Shown: positions 12,101 to 24,956, numbered from the whole stretch's first letter. The stretch: 60,078 nucleotides of DNA, filler included, from Nemertoderma westbladi (GCA_032718475.1; 2 parts of 2 records of this genome joined end to end with filler, not necessarily neighbours in it); one strand, 5' to 3'. Numbers and translations: made by a program. The notes: generated by a model not told the origin, from the letters alone.

Positions 12101-15050
12101 AGATCTTTCGGTGTCCTTACTGCTGTTCTCATTGTAGGAAGTTTGGCTTTCGCCATCATCCGTATAACACACTGGTGTTACCTTTCTCCTAGTAACGGGT
12201 TTTTCACTTACCTTACTTTCCGGTGTCTCCTCTCTGGTCTGCTTTAGGAGCTGTAATCTTACCTCTACATTTAAGAATGACATGAGATCAGCCATGGTAG
12301 GGTATCTTTGTTGCTGGTCCATCATATAGAGAACCTTTTTGTCCCAGAATGTTAGTCCTATTACCATACCTGATGTTTAGTGTATCCCAAACTTGTCTCA
12401 ATCAGTCTGGATGTCCAATAAACTTTAACGCCATTAACTTGGGAGGTCCTTCCAAGCCTTCGATGAGGTATCTAAGTTTCTCTCCGTTAGATAGTACAGA
12501 GTTCTGTATGTTATCTTTATAATATTCATTAAAAGGTAATCATTTCATCTCATCTCCATTGAACTTGATAACCTCTCCCACCTTTACCGCTTGACAGGCT
12601 TCGGTTCTAGCCATTTGACGTGTAAAACTTTCTTGAGCCATCGTATTATTTAATATCGAGTTATCGGTATATAAATTTCTCGGATTATGATCAGATCTGT
12701 ATGGGATATCATTATCAACAGGCTTATAATTACCCTTAATAGGGTTTACTATAGGAGTTTCTACTTCACTAGCAGTATAGATGCGTGTAGGCTCCACACC
12801 TTGCGCATGAAATACTTAAGACCTAACGGGTTGACACATTGTTACAGGGGGTGGTGGTATACCCATTTGTATATTTATCAATTTATCGCGCTCTAAAGCG
12901 ATACTTTGTTGTACTTCTTGCAACTCTAACCTACTCTCTCTTACTGTTCCCTTTAACAGCTGAACAGTCCCTTCCAATTCTCGGACTTGCTGGGAAGACA
13001 CTTTGTGGGCTTCCAGCTGTCCGAGCAGCTGATTCATCCCCCGTCGTCCCTCGTCCACCCACTCAACCGCAGAGGCGGGAGCCGCCAACATGGTAGCTGG
13101 GTGGCACATAGGGACGACGGGAGACAGTTTATTTATAATGTCTTGCTTGGCATCCAGGACTGTATGGGATTCCGGGGGTTGTCTACTGGCCACAGGTAGT
13201 TAGGTAGTTTGGAGTTAGGTTCTTAAAGTACAGGGGTCTCTATCTAGGGAGTGGCTTCACTAACAGGCCTAATTATTTCGGGCTCATCTACTATAGTAGG
13301 GAGTCTTTCTACTCTAATAATTTGGTCTGTAGGTTCTTGATTACTTATGTCTACACTAGCCAGTTGCCTTCACACCGCAGGAGGCAAATTAGGTAACTTC
13401 TGATGGTGTGGCGCTCTTTTACGTCCGCTTGAACGAGATTTATTACCTCTACCCTCGGGATCTGTTGTATCACCTTCATCGGAGGAGGTAAATCCCTGTC
13501 TTCTGGGAGTAGATCAACTCAGTAGTTGCATCTGAGTAGCTGCTCTTTGTTTATTTAAGTAATCTTGTTTCGCCTGAAGGTTCTCCAACTCTAGTTGGGC
13601 TGTCGCCTCATATGCCCTGCGTTCTGCTTCTGCCACTGCCGCTGCTGCCTTTCTTTCAGATTCTGCCGCTGCCGCTGCCGCTTTCCTTTCAGATTCTGCT
13701 GCTGCCGCTGCCGCTGCCGCTGCCGCTTTCCTTTCAGCTTCTTCCGCCGCCACTGCCGCTTTCCTTTCAGATTCTGCTGCTGCCACTGCCGCTTTCCTTT
13801 CAGCTTCTTCCGCCGCCACTGCTGCCGCTGTTGCTAACTTTCGCTCTTATATTTGCCTTTTCTTTATTTGTTCTTCTTGGTCCATTGCTATGATGATACT
13901 TTCATCAAATTTAGCCTGCTCCGCAGCTAATATTTCCGCATCTAAAGAGTCCAACACAAATTTGGCTCCCTCACTATTGGGATGAAGTCCAGCTAGCCGT
14001 CTTCTGAGCTCTTTCTCACCTATAAATCGTTGATAATCCAACAAATAGATGTCATTCGCATCCTTCTTCTGAGGTTTTTCGGATCCTTCTTCTGAGGTCC
14101 TTTCACATGAGAAAAGGTGGCATCTGTTGATTCTCCATGGGTCATGCGCTCAGTTAGATGAACTTTCCATTGTGTCGTTCCCTGGACCTTAACATTCACT
14201 CATTGGAAACAAGTCTTTACAGCCGCTTGCAACGACGTGTCTTGACTTCTCTTCGAGGCTTCCACAAAGGCTGAAAGGATTAATCTGATCCGCAAGATTT
14301 GTTCTTGCACTTGATAAAGCAGCTCTCCCTGCTCTTGAGGTCCTAGTGATTGTTGAAATAGATGTTCTTCTAATCGTTCCTAGGAGTTGAAGAATCCTTG
14401 GACATATCCTGCTGCTGACCTCTTCCATACAGCTGGATCTCGAGTGTCCCTTACTATCCCCATTCGGTATAAGTCCTCCCAAGCAGCTTCCGATAAGTTA
14501 AACGGGAGTCTGGGTCCGGGGAAGTTCCATTGCGTCTCTACAATAGACCTTAGTTCCTCCATCGTGTATCCTGCATAACTGTCCCTGGTCGATCTCTTAT
14601 TTCTCATCCAATCAGCTTAATGTTCCTCCACAGCAATCAATACTCTAGTGAGTACGGCCCCAGGAAGAATTAGAAGTGGATCTGGATAAACCGCTTCTTC
14701 CATCCTTGCTCCGATCTCGGGCGTTAACTCTTCAGTGTCGGAACTAGAGTTATTCTGCCGCTGAGAAAAAAGTTCTCGGCTCGGGTGCTGCTGCTGTTTA
14801 ACAGCTGTCTCTTGGTCTCGCTTCACTTGAGCCCTAGTGCCTATAATAGACCTATGGTGCTTTACTAGCCTAGGGTCTGAAACCACTACTGTAGGGATGA
14901 CCTTTCTTACAGTAGGAGGGGACTTGGACTTCGGTCTGAGATGTTCGATACTTTGATCTGGGTCACAGATTGTTCTTTCTAGGAGACTATCTGACAGTGT
15001 TTGCTTTGTGACAGACAGGATTTATTTCACAGTTGAATGCCTACTACTAT
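9177..15050 (-). pseudogene. Decayed BEL/Pao gag-pol (element B): long N-terminal extension, DUF1759-like gag, three zinc knuckles, aspartic protease, RT, RNase H; no integrase visible
   Basis: Fragments: VIKFNGD (12540-12797); CVLCDGPHRLSGC/CYNCL/CAKCGAKHHILLH (11660-11968); ALLDSCS (11141-11569); YYLTHH..VRVVFDGSA..LNSELLPGP (10230-10445); DIKGMF, IYMDN, FDPLG, FGDASD, VPRAE (9177-10226); many stops and frameshifts. Confidence 0.92.
13615..13835 (-). repeat. Coding tandem repeat (AAAESERKAA-type, about 33 bp) in the N-terminal region of element B
   Basis: ORF 13514..13819 shows about 6 Ala-rich ERKAA units. Confidence 0.8.
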
Positions 15051-15057
15051 AATGGCA

Positions 15058-15296
15058 GCGGGGTAGCTCAGTTGGTTGAGCGCCGGGCCTGCAATCTATT
15101 GGTTGTAGGTTCAGCCCCGCCAGGGTCCACTCAGCCTTTCATCCACTGGGGTCGATAAAATGAGTACCAGTTAAATAACTGGGAGCAAATCTTGGGATAG
15201 GAGTAGCGCCCACCCCTACCTTCGGGTAGCAGCTATCGAAAGAGGAGCCTTTGGGTCGCCTCCGGCTTCGGCCGACTGTTTGCTTTGCTTTGCTTG
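15058..15296 (+). mobile_element. tRNA-derived SINE, full-length copy 1
   Basis: A box TAGCTCAGTTGG, B-box-like GGTTCAGCCC, (TTTGC)n tail; flanking direct repeat ATAATGGCA(G) starting at 15049 and 15297. Confidence 0.9.
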
Positions 15297-17240
15297 ATAA
15301 TGGCAGTTAAGCAAGTCTAGGAATCAGTATCAACTGTAAGCCTAGTAGTTAGTTACTGATACCATTACTCAGTGTAACGTGATATATATATAATATTAAA
15401 ATACTGGTATACACTTATAGTATATATATAAGTAATATTTACAGACTAGGATCAGTCACAGAATACCGGTATATAATTTCAGCCTAAATTTATATAAATA
15501 TAATAAGCTGACCACAAATACCGGTAATGTCAATTATTTAATAATAACTGAATTTCTGAATTTTAGGGTTACTTCCCTTTACTTTATTACTTATATTAAG
15601 CAGTAGTTCAACTGATATTAAGACCTAATTGATGTATAACAGGCTTACTATTTTACAAATCTGATTGAGTTGATTTATAAATATATATATATATATACCC
15701 GTAATGGGCTTTGACAATATTTGAAATAAATGTTATTATTTCTGCATAAGAAGTCACTACACAGAAGCTAAACGCTCTCGGTGGAGTGCTACTTGTAAGA
15801 CACTAATACGGATAATTCTACTTAACTAAGTTACTTATCACTACAAATTACTTACTAATCGGTGGAGATCACAATCTCTAAATAAACAATAAACAAGTTA
15901 CACGTACAATTTTTAGGGTAATTTTACAAGAAATCTACAAACCAGCCTAACAAGGAGTTCGAATTTCTGGTTCTTACAAACTGACAGGAAACTACGGACA
16001 GGAAACTACGGTAGTTGAAACCAATAAAGTAGTAGTAAGTAAGTTGCGTTGTCCAGATAAGGAAATACCACCGTCTGACAACTTATAGTCTTAAACTATA
16101 AGTACTACGTTATGTACCCAGAGTGTCCTATACCTAGAGGTTAATTATCGAAGCCAACCAGAGCTAACCACGTTACTAAGCCATTATTAACGCTATTATT
16201 AACGCTATTAACCACGTTACAACACAAATATACTGCCTACACACTAAATTACTTTCGGAAAGCATTGTACTCTAAACCCTAAATTAGGTACAAGTACTTA
16301 TACAACAAATAACCAGCAGTTAAATATAAGTGAACAGCCAAAAGAACCACGGTATCTGCTGGAGTGACTGGAGCACAAAATCACCAGTCTTTACCTACGC
16401 CAAGCAGCCCTGATGTAGTACCGGGGTTAATTTAACTATAACGGTATATATAACAAGCACAATTACTGTAGGAATAAACTTGTAACCTGTGGAATAAACT
16501 GTAGGAATTGGAGGTTGCGAATACTCGCATAAACTCTGAATAATAAATATTACGCTACCCGTGCAGACTATTCAAATAAAACACAGACCAAATGCTGGCA
16601 GACTACTGTCAAGCCTAAATAAACTACAGTATATGCAAACTCCGAAATGGTTAGTTAGTAGGCGTTCTAACCAAGTAGTATGGCTTATTCTTTCGTGGAG
16701 GATTTACATTACAGCACTGGATGTCTCCACCTTCCTAACTAGCACCTTATCGGACAGACACTTTACATACACTACAATCGCCTCAGACCTATCAACAGTT
16801 AGACAACAATCCGGCCTACAAATTATTTATACAATCTGAGCAGGCTTACACGCCTTCTGCTCAATATTACACTTACAGATAAATAAAACTGACAGAAATA
16901 AGTAAACCATACAAAGGAATAAGGGGTGATCAATCTCTAATCGCCTAACAGCCTACAATATACAATATTTCACAATCGAAATAATACTGCTGTACCTGTA
17001 AGTACCGGTTCGGGTTATTAGGCCTACACTTTACAGTCCGACCGGTACATTCGACTTTACTGCCTACGGCGCAATAAAGAAACCCTAAATCTATTAATGC
17101 TCGCGCTTTTAGAGCTTTAGCAGTTTAACCTGCCAATTTTAGTTGTCCTCTTGTTTATAAATCAACTTTAGCCTATACCAATTACCTAGTGTACTGAAGT
17201 TACATCAGCCGAAGCCAGTCCGTGCGCGGCGTATGACCCA

Positions 17241-17820
17241 TGGTGTGGGAGACTGGATTCGGATTCCTTGGGAGTTATTGCAGTGTAGACCTACTGTATT
17301 ATTCGATTGATCGCTACTATATAATCTCTGACAACTATATTTACTTTCGGGGAAATATTAACAGTTCCTTTAGGACATGGCGCTTTAAGTATAAAAACAG
17401 AGTTATGACTTATATTAATCACAACTAGATGGCCACAGAGTTTTGTAAATAGCGCATTCTTTAGGAGATGCTTTATTAACCTTCACACGACTTCACACTA
17501 CTTCACACTACTTTACACTAGTTCGAACTAATCTGCCGACCGTCACTGAATTTGATCATATATAAGGAGGATTGCAACTGACACACGTAGGGATTATGAA
17601 ATAGCATTTAATTCACACAAAACCACTATAATTTAAGTCGCAGTTGCTACCAGTAGACTCTATTCCTCTTACCTCAGTAATCAAGAAGATTGAGGGGTTT
17701 ATGATTATTTATCGGTATTCTCCAAATATAACATCAATATCCATTAATATAACAACAATTAATACTATAACAGAAGTATAATAATGCGGTAAACAGTCAG
17801 TGTGTGTTAGATAGTAAACA
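17241..17820 (-). repeat. Possible 5' LTR of element B
   Basis: On the minus strand: TATATA (about 17560), then TCAGT, then AATAAA (about 17475), ending in CA followed by TGG; outer boundary uncertain and no second copy. Confidence 0.3.
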
Positions 17821-18156
17821 AAGATGAAATGAGTATGAAATAAGCAATGTTACGAGTTAATGGATTTACGTTCTTATAACCAAGGCCATCTGATGTTCCT
17901 AGGCCAAAGTCTGAAACTTCCGCACAGAAGCACAGAAATTCTGAGTTGTTCTGATTCTCAGAAAAAGGTAAACAAAGACCGTAATGCATTGCGCGAGTTT
18001 CCATAGGTTTCTGTTAGCCATAAAGTGAAAATTGCTCTGATTGGCTGAATAAGACAGAACAAAGAACTTCCACGTCCACAAAGAATCAGCTGACAGATTT
18101 CGTCCTCTTGGTTCTAATTCCTTCCCATCGCGTAGTTGGATAATTTTAGGGCTATT

Positions 18157-19690
18157 TTAGAGTATTCTGCGAATTGCGTAAAATGACTTGTTATGTCCGC
18201 AAAAGCTTTTACACAGCTCACTGTTATCTTGCAGAACAATATTCGATTTAGATTTAAGGTTTTTATAACCTAAAGATTTTAGGGTAGACCATAGACTTTT
18301 AGGATTATCTTTATTCTCACTTATTTTGTTGTACAAATATTCAGATGTAGCTTTTTTTATTTCCCGTTGGACAAGGTTTCTATATTTGCAGTAATTATTA
18401 TAATAAGCTAAAACACGGTATTTCCTAAATTTATACAAATACAGTAGTTATATCTTTCTCTGATATTACTAAGAATACCCGAGGTCATCCAGGGCTCAGT
18501 GCGTTGTTTAAGACTAATTTATTTAATTGGTGCTACAGTATTAAGTGCCTTTAAAAATATATCTTTAAAAACAGTGTACGCAAGGTTTGTCAGCGGCCTT
18601 AAAACAGGGTTCCCAGTCAGAATTAACTAACAAACTTAAAAAGCATTCCTTGCTGTAATTTTTCATAGACCTAACAGTTACTGTTTTATGATCCCCGAAA
18701 AAAGATTTTTGTGTCTTTCTTGTGCAAAAAACTATAAAATGATCGCTTAGACCTATAGGTAAAACCCCAGATTGAGAAATAATATCGGTATTATTACAAA
18801 GGATGTGATCTAGTAAAGTAGAAGTTTTACTGGTAATTCTGGTAAGCAAACAGTCGGCCGAAGCCGGAGGCGACCCGAAGGCTCCTCTTTCGATAGCTGC
18901 TACCCGAGGGTAGGGGTGGGCGCTACTCCTATCCCAAGATTTGCTCCCAGTTATTTAACTGGTACTCAACTGGTACTCATTTTATCGACCCCAGTGGATG
19001 AAAGGCTGAGTGGACCCTGGCGGGGCTGAACCTACAACCATTAGATTGCAGGCCCGGCGCTCAACCAACTGAGCTACCCCGCCTTAATTCTGGTAGAATC
19101 TCGAATAATTTGTTTTAAACCAAACAAATTTAAAATACTTTGGTACTGTTTACCGATGGGGGATGCTTTGTGATGGTAACAGATATTAAAATCACCTAAG
19201 AAATATATTTCACAGTCTGACCTAAGATTACATAAAATTGTATTTTCAAAATTTTGCAAAAAATCTGATTGTTTAGGGGGCCGATATAAAGTACCGATTA
19301 AAATAGGTTTAGTTTTAGTAAGTAAAAGTTCCACCAGTAAACCTTCGTCACAAGACTCTAAATCTTCCCTACGATTACAATCTAAATCACATCGAATGTA
19401 AGTACAGACACCACCACCGTGTCTGTCCCTATCCTTACGTAAAACTACGTAATTATCAATATAAATTTCTCCATCAGAAACGCTATCATCGAGCCAAGTT
19501 TCAGAGATTGTTAAAACTGCTGGGTTGTATTTATTGATTAAAATACGAATTTCGGAAAGTTTGGGAAGCAGAGATCGTGCATTTAAATGCAAAAAATGCA
19601 GACATTTTTTCTTAAAAAATTTAAAAGTTTCACTCTCACATCACTTGGAGTTTGCAGAGGCGATGTGAGTAATGAATCGTCGGTTTCTGA
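18157..19690 (-). pseudogene. CR1/L2-group LINE fragment: APE endonuclease and linker, truncated before RT, split by a SINE
   Basis: HLNARSL, SETWL, GGGV, YRPP, GDFN, then STRI/TSKTSTLLDHI and LSDHF across the SINE, then NPKSLWSTLK. Confidence 0.88.
18845..19084 (-). mobile_element. tRNA-derived SINE, full-length copy 2
   Basis: Near-identical reverse complement of copy 1; 11-bp TSD TAATTCTGGTA (18834-18844 and 19085-19095); internal 11-bp duplication AACTGGTACTC. Confidence 0.92.
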
Positions 19691-19717
19691 TTCCATTGGT
19701 ATGGAAACCAATTTAGT

Positions 19718-19810
19718 CGCCCTTGTGAAGAATACCAGGATTTCACTTTTCGGACGACTTTTTAATGGAATTTTATATATGAAGATTTTTTATTTTTTTT
19801 GTTATATTTT
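19718..19810 (-). mobile_element. Terminal fragment of the GCCCATGTGAA-TIR MITE family
   Basis: Reverse complement of 43265-43346 (cgcccttgtgaagaataccaggatttcacttttcgg...). Confidence 0.7.
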
Positions 19811-22800
19811 ATTTATTATTTATGGTTCCCCGTACTTAGTTTCAATTTATAACTCATGTTAACTTAGTTAATTCTATTCCTCCTATGTCAAGACGAATTT
19901 AGTTACAATGGAGAGGAATTTACTGTAGTTCCAATTTGGGCATATTTAGTTCCAATGGGGAGGAATTTAGTTCCACTTTTGGGCGAATTTAGTTCCAATA
20001 ACTAGAAGAAAAGGAAAAATAATTTAGTTTCAAGTTAGTTGAAAAAACGGGGGTGAACTATGGAATATTAAATATAGACGGACGGCACGGATCCGCATTT
20101 AGTGTTATTATTTTTTCGGCCCCGAAATTTTTTTAATAAAGTGGTAGTAAATGCCATAGAAACCTTAGAAAAAAATTTAAGCAAATTTAACCAGAGCATT
20201 TCCATGGAAACCGGGCAAACATAAAATTTCTAGGTTTTGTCATGAATTAGTTATTTTTTGCAACTACTACCCAATTTATCTTATCTATTTATATTTCTAG
20301 TACTGGTAACCATAGCAACAAGGTAAAATATATTAATATTAAATATATATAAACAAATACTGCCGTGGACGCTAATTTAATTATAAATTATAGCATCAAT
20401 AACGAAATGGGAGAAGTGTTTCACTTTCAGACATTTCACCCAGTAGCAGACTGGAGACTGGTGTTCGCAAGCACCACCAACTGGTGATACAGTTTCCTGC
20501 CTGGTGACCAGCAATTTCCCCGAAAACTACTACAGAATAGCCCATAAATACTGATTTTGACCACAAATACTGAAATACGCATTCACTAAGGGTATACTAT
20601 ACAGGCATCTGGACTGGGCATATGCGTAAAATGAGCTTCGAGATAACGACAGTTCCGGTTCACGTTTACGTGCTTAGGACGATCTGCATCACATACTGTA
20701 GATGCGCAAGATGAGACCCGTGTTGATTGATATAAAAAGACTGCGTTACACATTATTACATGTAGTACTGTATTATTAGTTATTAACCAATTAATCGGTT
20801 TTTTCCGATATTATTACTTATTAAAAATAACTAGATTTAGCATAGAGTTCTATTGCTGAGTTCTGGCCCTCGGGCCAGTTATAAACCCTCGGCTTCGCCT
20901 CGGGTCTATAACATGTCCCTCGGGTAAATAACTCGTAAAATAACTAAATAACCTGGTAATAAATTATGTTATTATATGTTTCTTATTGTGTAGTGTACAG
21001 TATATAACCGAATTATTATATTATTTTAGAACCATTTTTAATAATTTTTTAAGGAGGGGGGGGGGGGGGGGGGGGGGGGTGGGTACACCATTTTCGGACA
21101 ACTTTTCGATTTATCACTCCCAGCCTTTCAAAATTGTTAGGTTTTGGTTATAATTTGATATATACAGTAGATGCTATTCTATATGATAGGTCAGAAAAAT
21201 TTCATTTTTCGCTATTTAATATTAGTTATTAATACTAGTTAACAATTAAAAACGCGCTTAAAACCCTATGCCTTTTACAGTTTTGAATCTGATGAAATGA
21301 AAGTTTTTTTATATGATAGATTAAAGATGGGGCAACATAACTATTAGACGAAATTGTGTGATAATAATTCCGCACCGCTAGGTGGCGCTGCAAATTTTTG
21401 CTAATTTTTTACGTTTTTTATAAACATTATTCAATTTTCTTAACAAAAAATTTCAAAAAGTTGTCTGACACTTTTATGTAGAGTGGCTATGTAGACACCC
21501 ACAGAAATGTTCAGACGAATTGCTCAAAAATTGTACTGTAGAAGTAGGCCTAGTAGGGTTTTGAAGTTGACAATTTCATTAAAAAAAAATTTGGAGATAA
21601 TCGACCTTTCATAGAGCTAGAGGTCAATTCATAGAGGTATTAAATAGCGGTTTTCCCATTTGGAAACATTTCCCATTCAAACATGCAGGATAATCGACCA
21701 TAAAATAATTTCGTAATATTTTGAACCGAAATGGTGTATTATGTATGAAATGGATTGATGCAATAATTGTTGAATTTTTTATGGGGGGGGGGGGGGGGGG
21801 GGGATTTCATATTGGCCCCCGTGCGCTTGAAACCCTCGCGACGCCACTGAAGAACCAATCACAGCATATTTCCAGTCCACTCTCCTGCTTGTCCTATTTG
21901 TTGAGAATACTACCCCAGCCAGTATACTTAAGCATAAGCAGTGATAACCAACCCAGCTCCTCCTGCCTGCAGGCCACCTTAAGAGATGATTGGTCTGCCA
22001 GTGTAGCAGCTGCATTGCCAACACTTTACTCTCAGATAAGGAATATTTGAATCTCCTTGTGATTTTGACACACAACATGTTGCAACGAAACAACATACGC
22101 CTCCATTCAAACGGGGGTATAATCGTCGTCTTCGAGACGAGAGCATTCGATCGATATATCATTGGCTCGTGTGGCGATATGTATAGCTGGACAGACAAAC
22201 ATACAATGCATATTTATATATATTAGATCTTCACTACCACAAAACCGATTATTAGTTTTAAATTTCTCAAGCAAAATTATTTTTCTACTATGACTAAATA
22301 AAAGTGTGGAAAAAATCTGGGTTTGGGCGAAAGTAGGGGGTGTGGATGAGTGGGGGTGGTGGGGGGGGGGGGGTGTTCTTTCAAACAGGTACGGTAACCT
22401 GGCGTTTTAGTGAAAACCTGACATTCTTACATGGTAATCTGGAAAGTAAAATATAACAGCAGAATGTCGGTATAATTCACCAGTTACGTAACCACTGCCG
22501 GATAAACGTTATGTTGTAAATATAAACACGGTATATTAATTTATATGATATATATTAATTACTAGGTAATTCATGAAAAAAATAATCGCAGTAAATAATA
22601 TTAAAAAATAAAAAGTATATAAACAATATTGCACGAATTTGCGTAAAATATAAGCGTAAATGTAGAATTAATGACACCTATATTAAATTATTTTGTTACA
22701 ACCATGCATAAATACCAAAATACTAGCAGTATCAGTATACCACCTCAATTCCGAACAAAAAAATGTTTAAATAATATTATAAAACTGTTCATTAAACTGC

Positions 22801-22904
22801 AAATAAAATATATATTCCTAAAAATGTAATAATTACAAAAAGAAAAAAAGATAATAATTATAGATTTTATATCAATAACAGTTAGAGGCACTGCAAGTAG
22901 GGCA

Positions 22905-24956
22905 TTAATTATTATTGGGACAGTTATTAATTGTGTGACCAGGTTGCCGACAACCACTGCACTTCCTTACCGACTTACCGCCCGGTGTAGCTCTCTGCTG
23001 ACCACCCGAGGTGCCCTTACCCCGTCTCCCACCCCTACCCGCACCCGCACCACCACCGAACCCTCCCGACCAACTACCGCTACTGTTTAACGGGCCGGGG
23101 TTCGAATCCGCCCATAGAAAGAACTTACACTGCTGGCCCAGAGGACTCGCGCACACATAGAACTCGCGGCCCTTGTTGACGCCCTCTTTCTGTGTAACCC
23201 GGAACGCGCAAGCTGCCCCACACTGACACAAGGGGGCGTCCCCATTAGGTTGCAGACGACCAGCCCCTGTCGGTGTGGAACCTACGCTGTTTGTCTGTTT
23301 GTCGGCTACCTCATCGGCCCATTTGAAGTAATTACACCGGTCGGAACTCCCCATTGGTTGACTGCAGGCGTAGAATAGTCGTCCCTGATTGGCCCCTTGT
23401 CTACTGACTGTGCGCTGGACTACCGGGGTGTTACACTGACACATGATGACGTCATCCCCCGACTGCTGGTCTGGACGCGGACGTTTAGGCTGTCTGGGTG
23501 ATTCGGTGTCCCGCGAGGTGGAGGGCCAAAGGCTCTGTTGTGTGGAACCCAGTTGCGGTGGGAAGGTGTTGCTACTCGAGGGTGTGGGACTGTACTGAGG
23601 GGGAACCCCATTCTGATTTGTCGACGTCGCAGTTCTGGAGCCGTTGAATAAATTATTACCCGGAACAAACGACCCGCTAGCGCCACCGGTTGGACCCCTT
23701 CCACTCCAACCCATTGCACCTCCATCAAGTGACCCACCTCTACCCACTGACCCACCTCCACCCATAGACCCACTACCTCCACCCATAGACCCACTACCTC
23801 CACCCATAGACCCACCACTTCCACCCATAGACCCACCACTTCCACCCATAGACCCACCATCTCCACCCATAGACCCACCACCTCCACCCATAGACCCACC
23901 ACTTCCACCCATAGACCCACCACTTCCACCCATAGACCCACCACCTCCACCCATAGACCCACCACTTCCACCCATAGACCCACCACCTCCACCCATAGAC
24001 CCACCACCTCCACCCGTCCCACCCCGACCCACTGCCCCTCCCCCACCCCTACCAACTGCCCCTCCCCCACCCCGACCCACTTCCCCTCCCCCACCCCTAC
24101 CCACTCTCACTCCCCCAGCTCCATTAACCCGCCAGTAACGCAACTCAAACAACTCGTTAAGCATCGCATCGCAACCTCCGATACAACCGGAGTACTCGGA
24201 CCCCACAAACATGGGAACCCCCGACCTATCGAACCGGAAGTCCAACAACCGGACGCGCCCGACAGGCTGACACACGGGACAGAACCCGCGCCCCAGACTC
24301 ACCCGGTTAACAAACCCGGGCAACCACGCAGTAACCCGGCAGTCGGGAAAACCGCTGCAACCAACCCGGTACTTCCCGCCATTAGGCGCTCGCTGCAGCA
24401 GCATCGGTAGACCGCAGGCGGGACACGGACGAACCTGCTCCCCAATATCGGGGGGACCGTCTGACGATGTAACAGCTACCGGTTGTCCGAAGTAGTCAGA
24501 TAACGCGGAGTCGAGACAATCGGAACGATTTAAAGACGTCTCGAATATCGCCTTGTACTTGGCGATGTAGTTTGCGAGAACGGAATCCTTGTTGGCGGTT
24601 CCGTCGCAGATTCGCTTGAGATCCGCCTCGAACTCGGCCCGCAGCTGGGGTTTATCCAGCTGATGGCCGATCCGATCGTAGGCCTCGACCAGCCCCATCC
24701 CGAGTTCACCGGGCACGAAGTATCGGCCGTCCAACCCGACGTACAGCCGCTCCTTTATGTGCTCGATGTGTTCGGCGTGGGTGGCGTCCGTGCCGATACC
24801 GTGGCGGTCCATCAACGCGATGAGATCGGCCTCGGTGAGCAGGTTGGGGGGCGTCGTAGAGGACGAGTCGGAGATGTCGATAGACGTCGGAAGGAATCGC
24901 TCGCCTTCGTTGTACGTCGGGATCTCGTTGTCGCTCCATCGCTCGTACGTGTAAAC
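22905..24956 (-). CDS. TOP3A: DNA topoisomerase III alpha, terminal coding exon (C-terminal 683 aa)
   Basis: Acceptor ttgtAG then VYTYERWSD...PPNLLTEADLIALMDRHGIGTDATHAEHIEHIKERLYV; C4 zinc ribbon (CPACG...VGCSGFPDC), two GRF zinc fingers (CQC..GRLFYAC, CQC..GREFYVC) and terminal CCHC (CSGCRQPGHTINNC), the TOP3A architecture. Confidence 0.95.
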   Translation of the reverse strand, partial: VYTYERWSDNEIPTYNEGERFLPTSIDISDSSSTTPPNLLTEADLIALMDRHGIGTDATHAEHIEHIKERLYVGLDGRYFVPGELGMGLVEAYDRIGHQLDKPQLRAEFEADLKRICDGTANKDSVLANYIAKYKAIFETSLNRSDCLDSALSDYFGQPVAVTSSDGPPDIGEQVRPCPACGLPMLLQRAPNGGKYRVGCSGFPDCRVTAWLPGFVNRVSLGRGFCPVCQPVGRVRLLDFRFDRSGVPMFVGSEYSGCIGGCDAMLNELFELRYWRVNGAGGVRVGRGGGGEVGRGGGGAVGRGGGGAVGRGGTGGGGGSMGGGGGSMGGSGGSMGGGGGSMGGSGGSMGGSGGSMGGGGGSMGGDGGSMGGSGGSMGGSGGSMGGGSGSMGGGSGSMGGGGSVGRGGSLDGGAMGWSGRGPTGGASGSFVPGNNLFNGSRTATSTNQNGVPPQYSPTPSSSNTFPPQLGSTQQSLWPSTSRDTESPRQPKRPRPDQQSGDDVIMCQCNTPVVQRTVSRQGANQGRLFYACSQPMGSSDRCNYFKWADEVADKQTNSVGSTPTGAGRLQPNGDAPLCQCGAACAFRVTQKEGVNKGREFYVCASPLGQQCKFFLWADSNPGPLNSSGSWSGGFGGGAGAGRGGRRGKGTSGGQQRATPGGKSVRKCSGCRQPGHTINNCPNNN
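23740..24110 (-). repeat. Coding minisatellites in TOP3A: 12 x 21 bp (GGxGGSM) and about 4 x 24 bp (VGRGGGGx)
   Basis: Direct reading of ccacccatagacccaccacct units and of the translation. Confidence 0.9.

Noticed and set aside
15058-15122. Functional tRNA gene (Cys/Ala-like)
   Set aside because: Anticodon stem does not pair and the B box is degenerate; it is the head of a TSD-flanked SINE
21779-22198. 139-aa minus-strand ORF downstream of TOP3A
   Set aside because: No convincing motifs or splice signals; ends in a G-run; probably decayed repeat sequence
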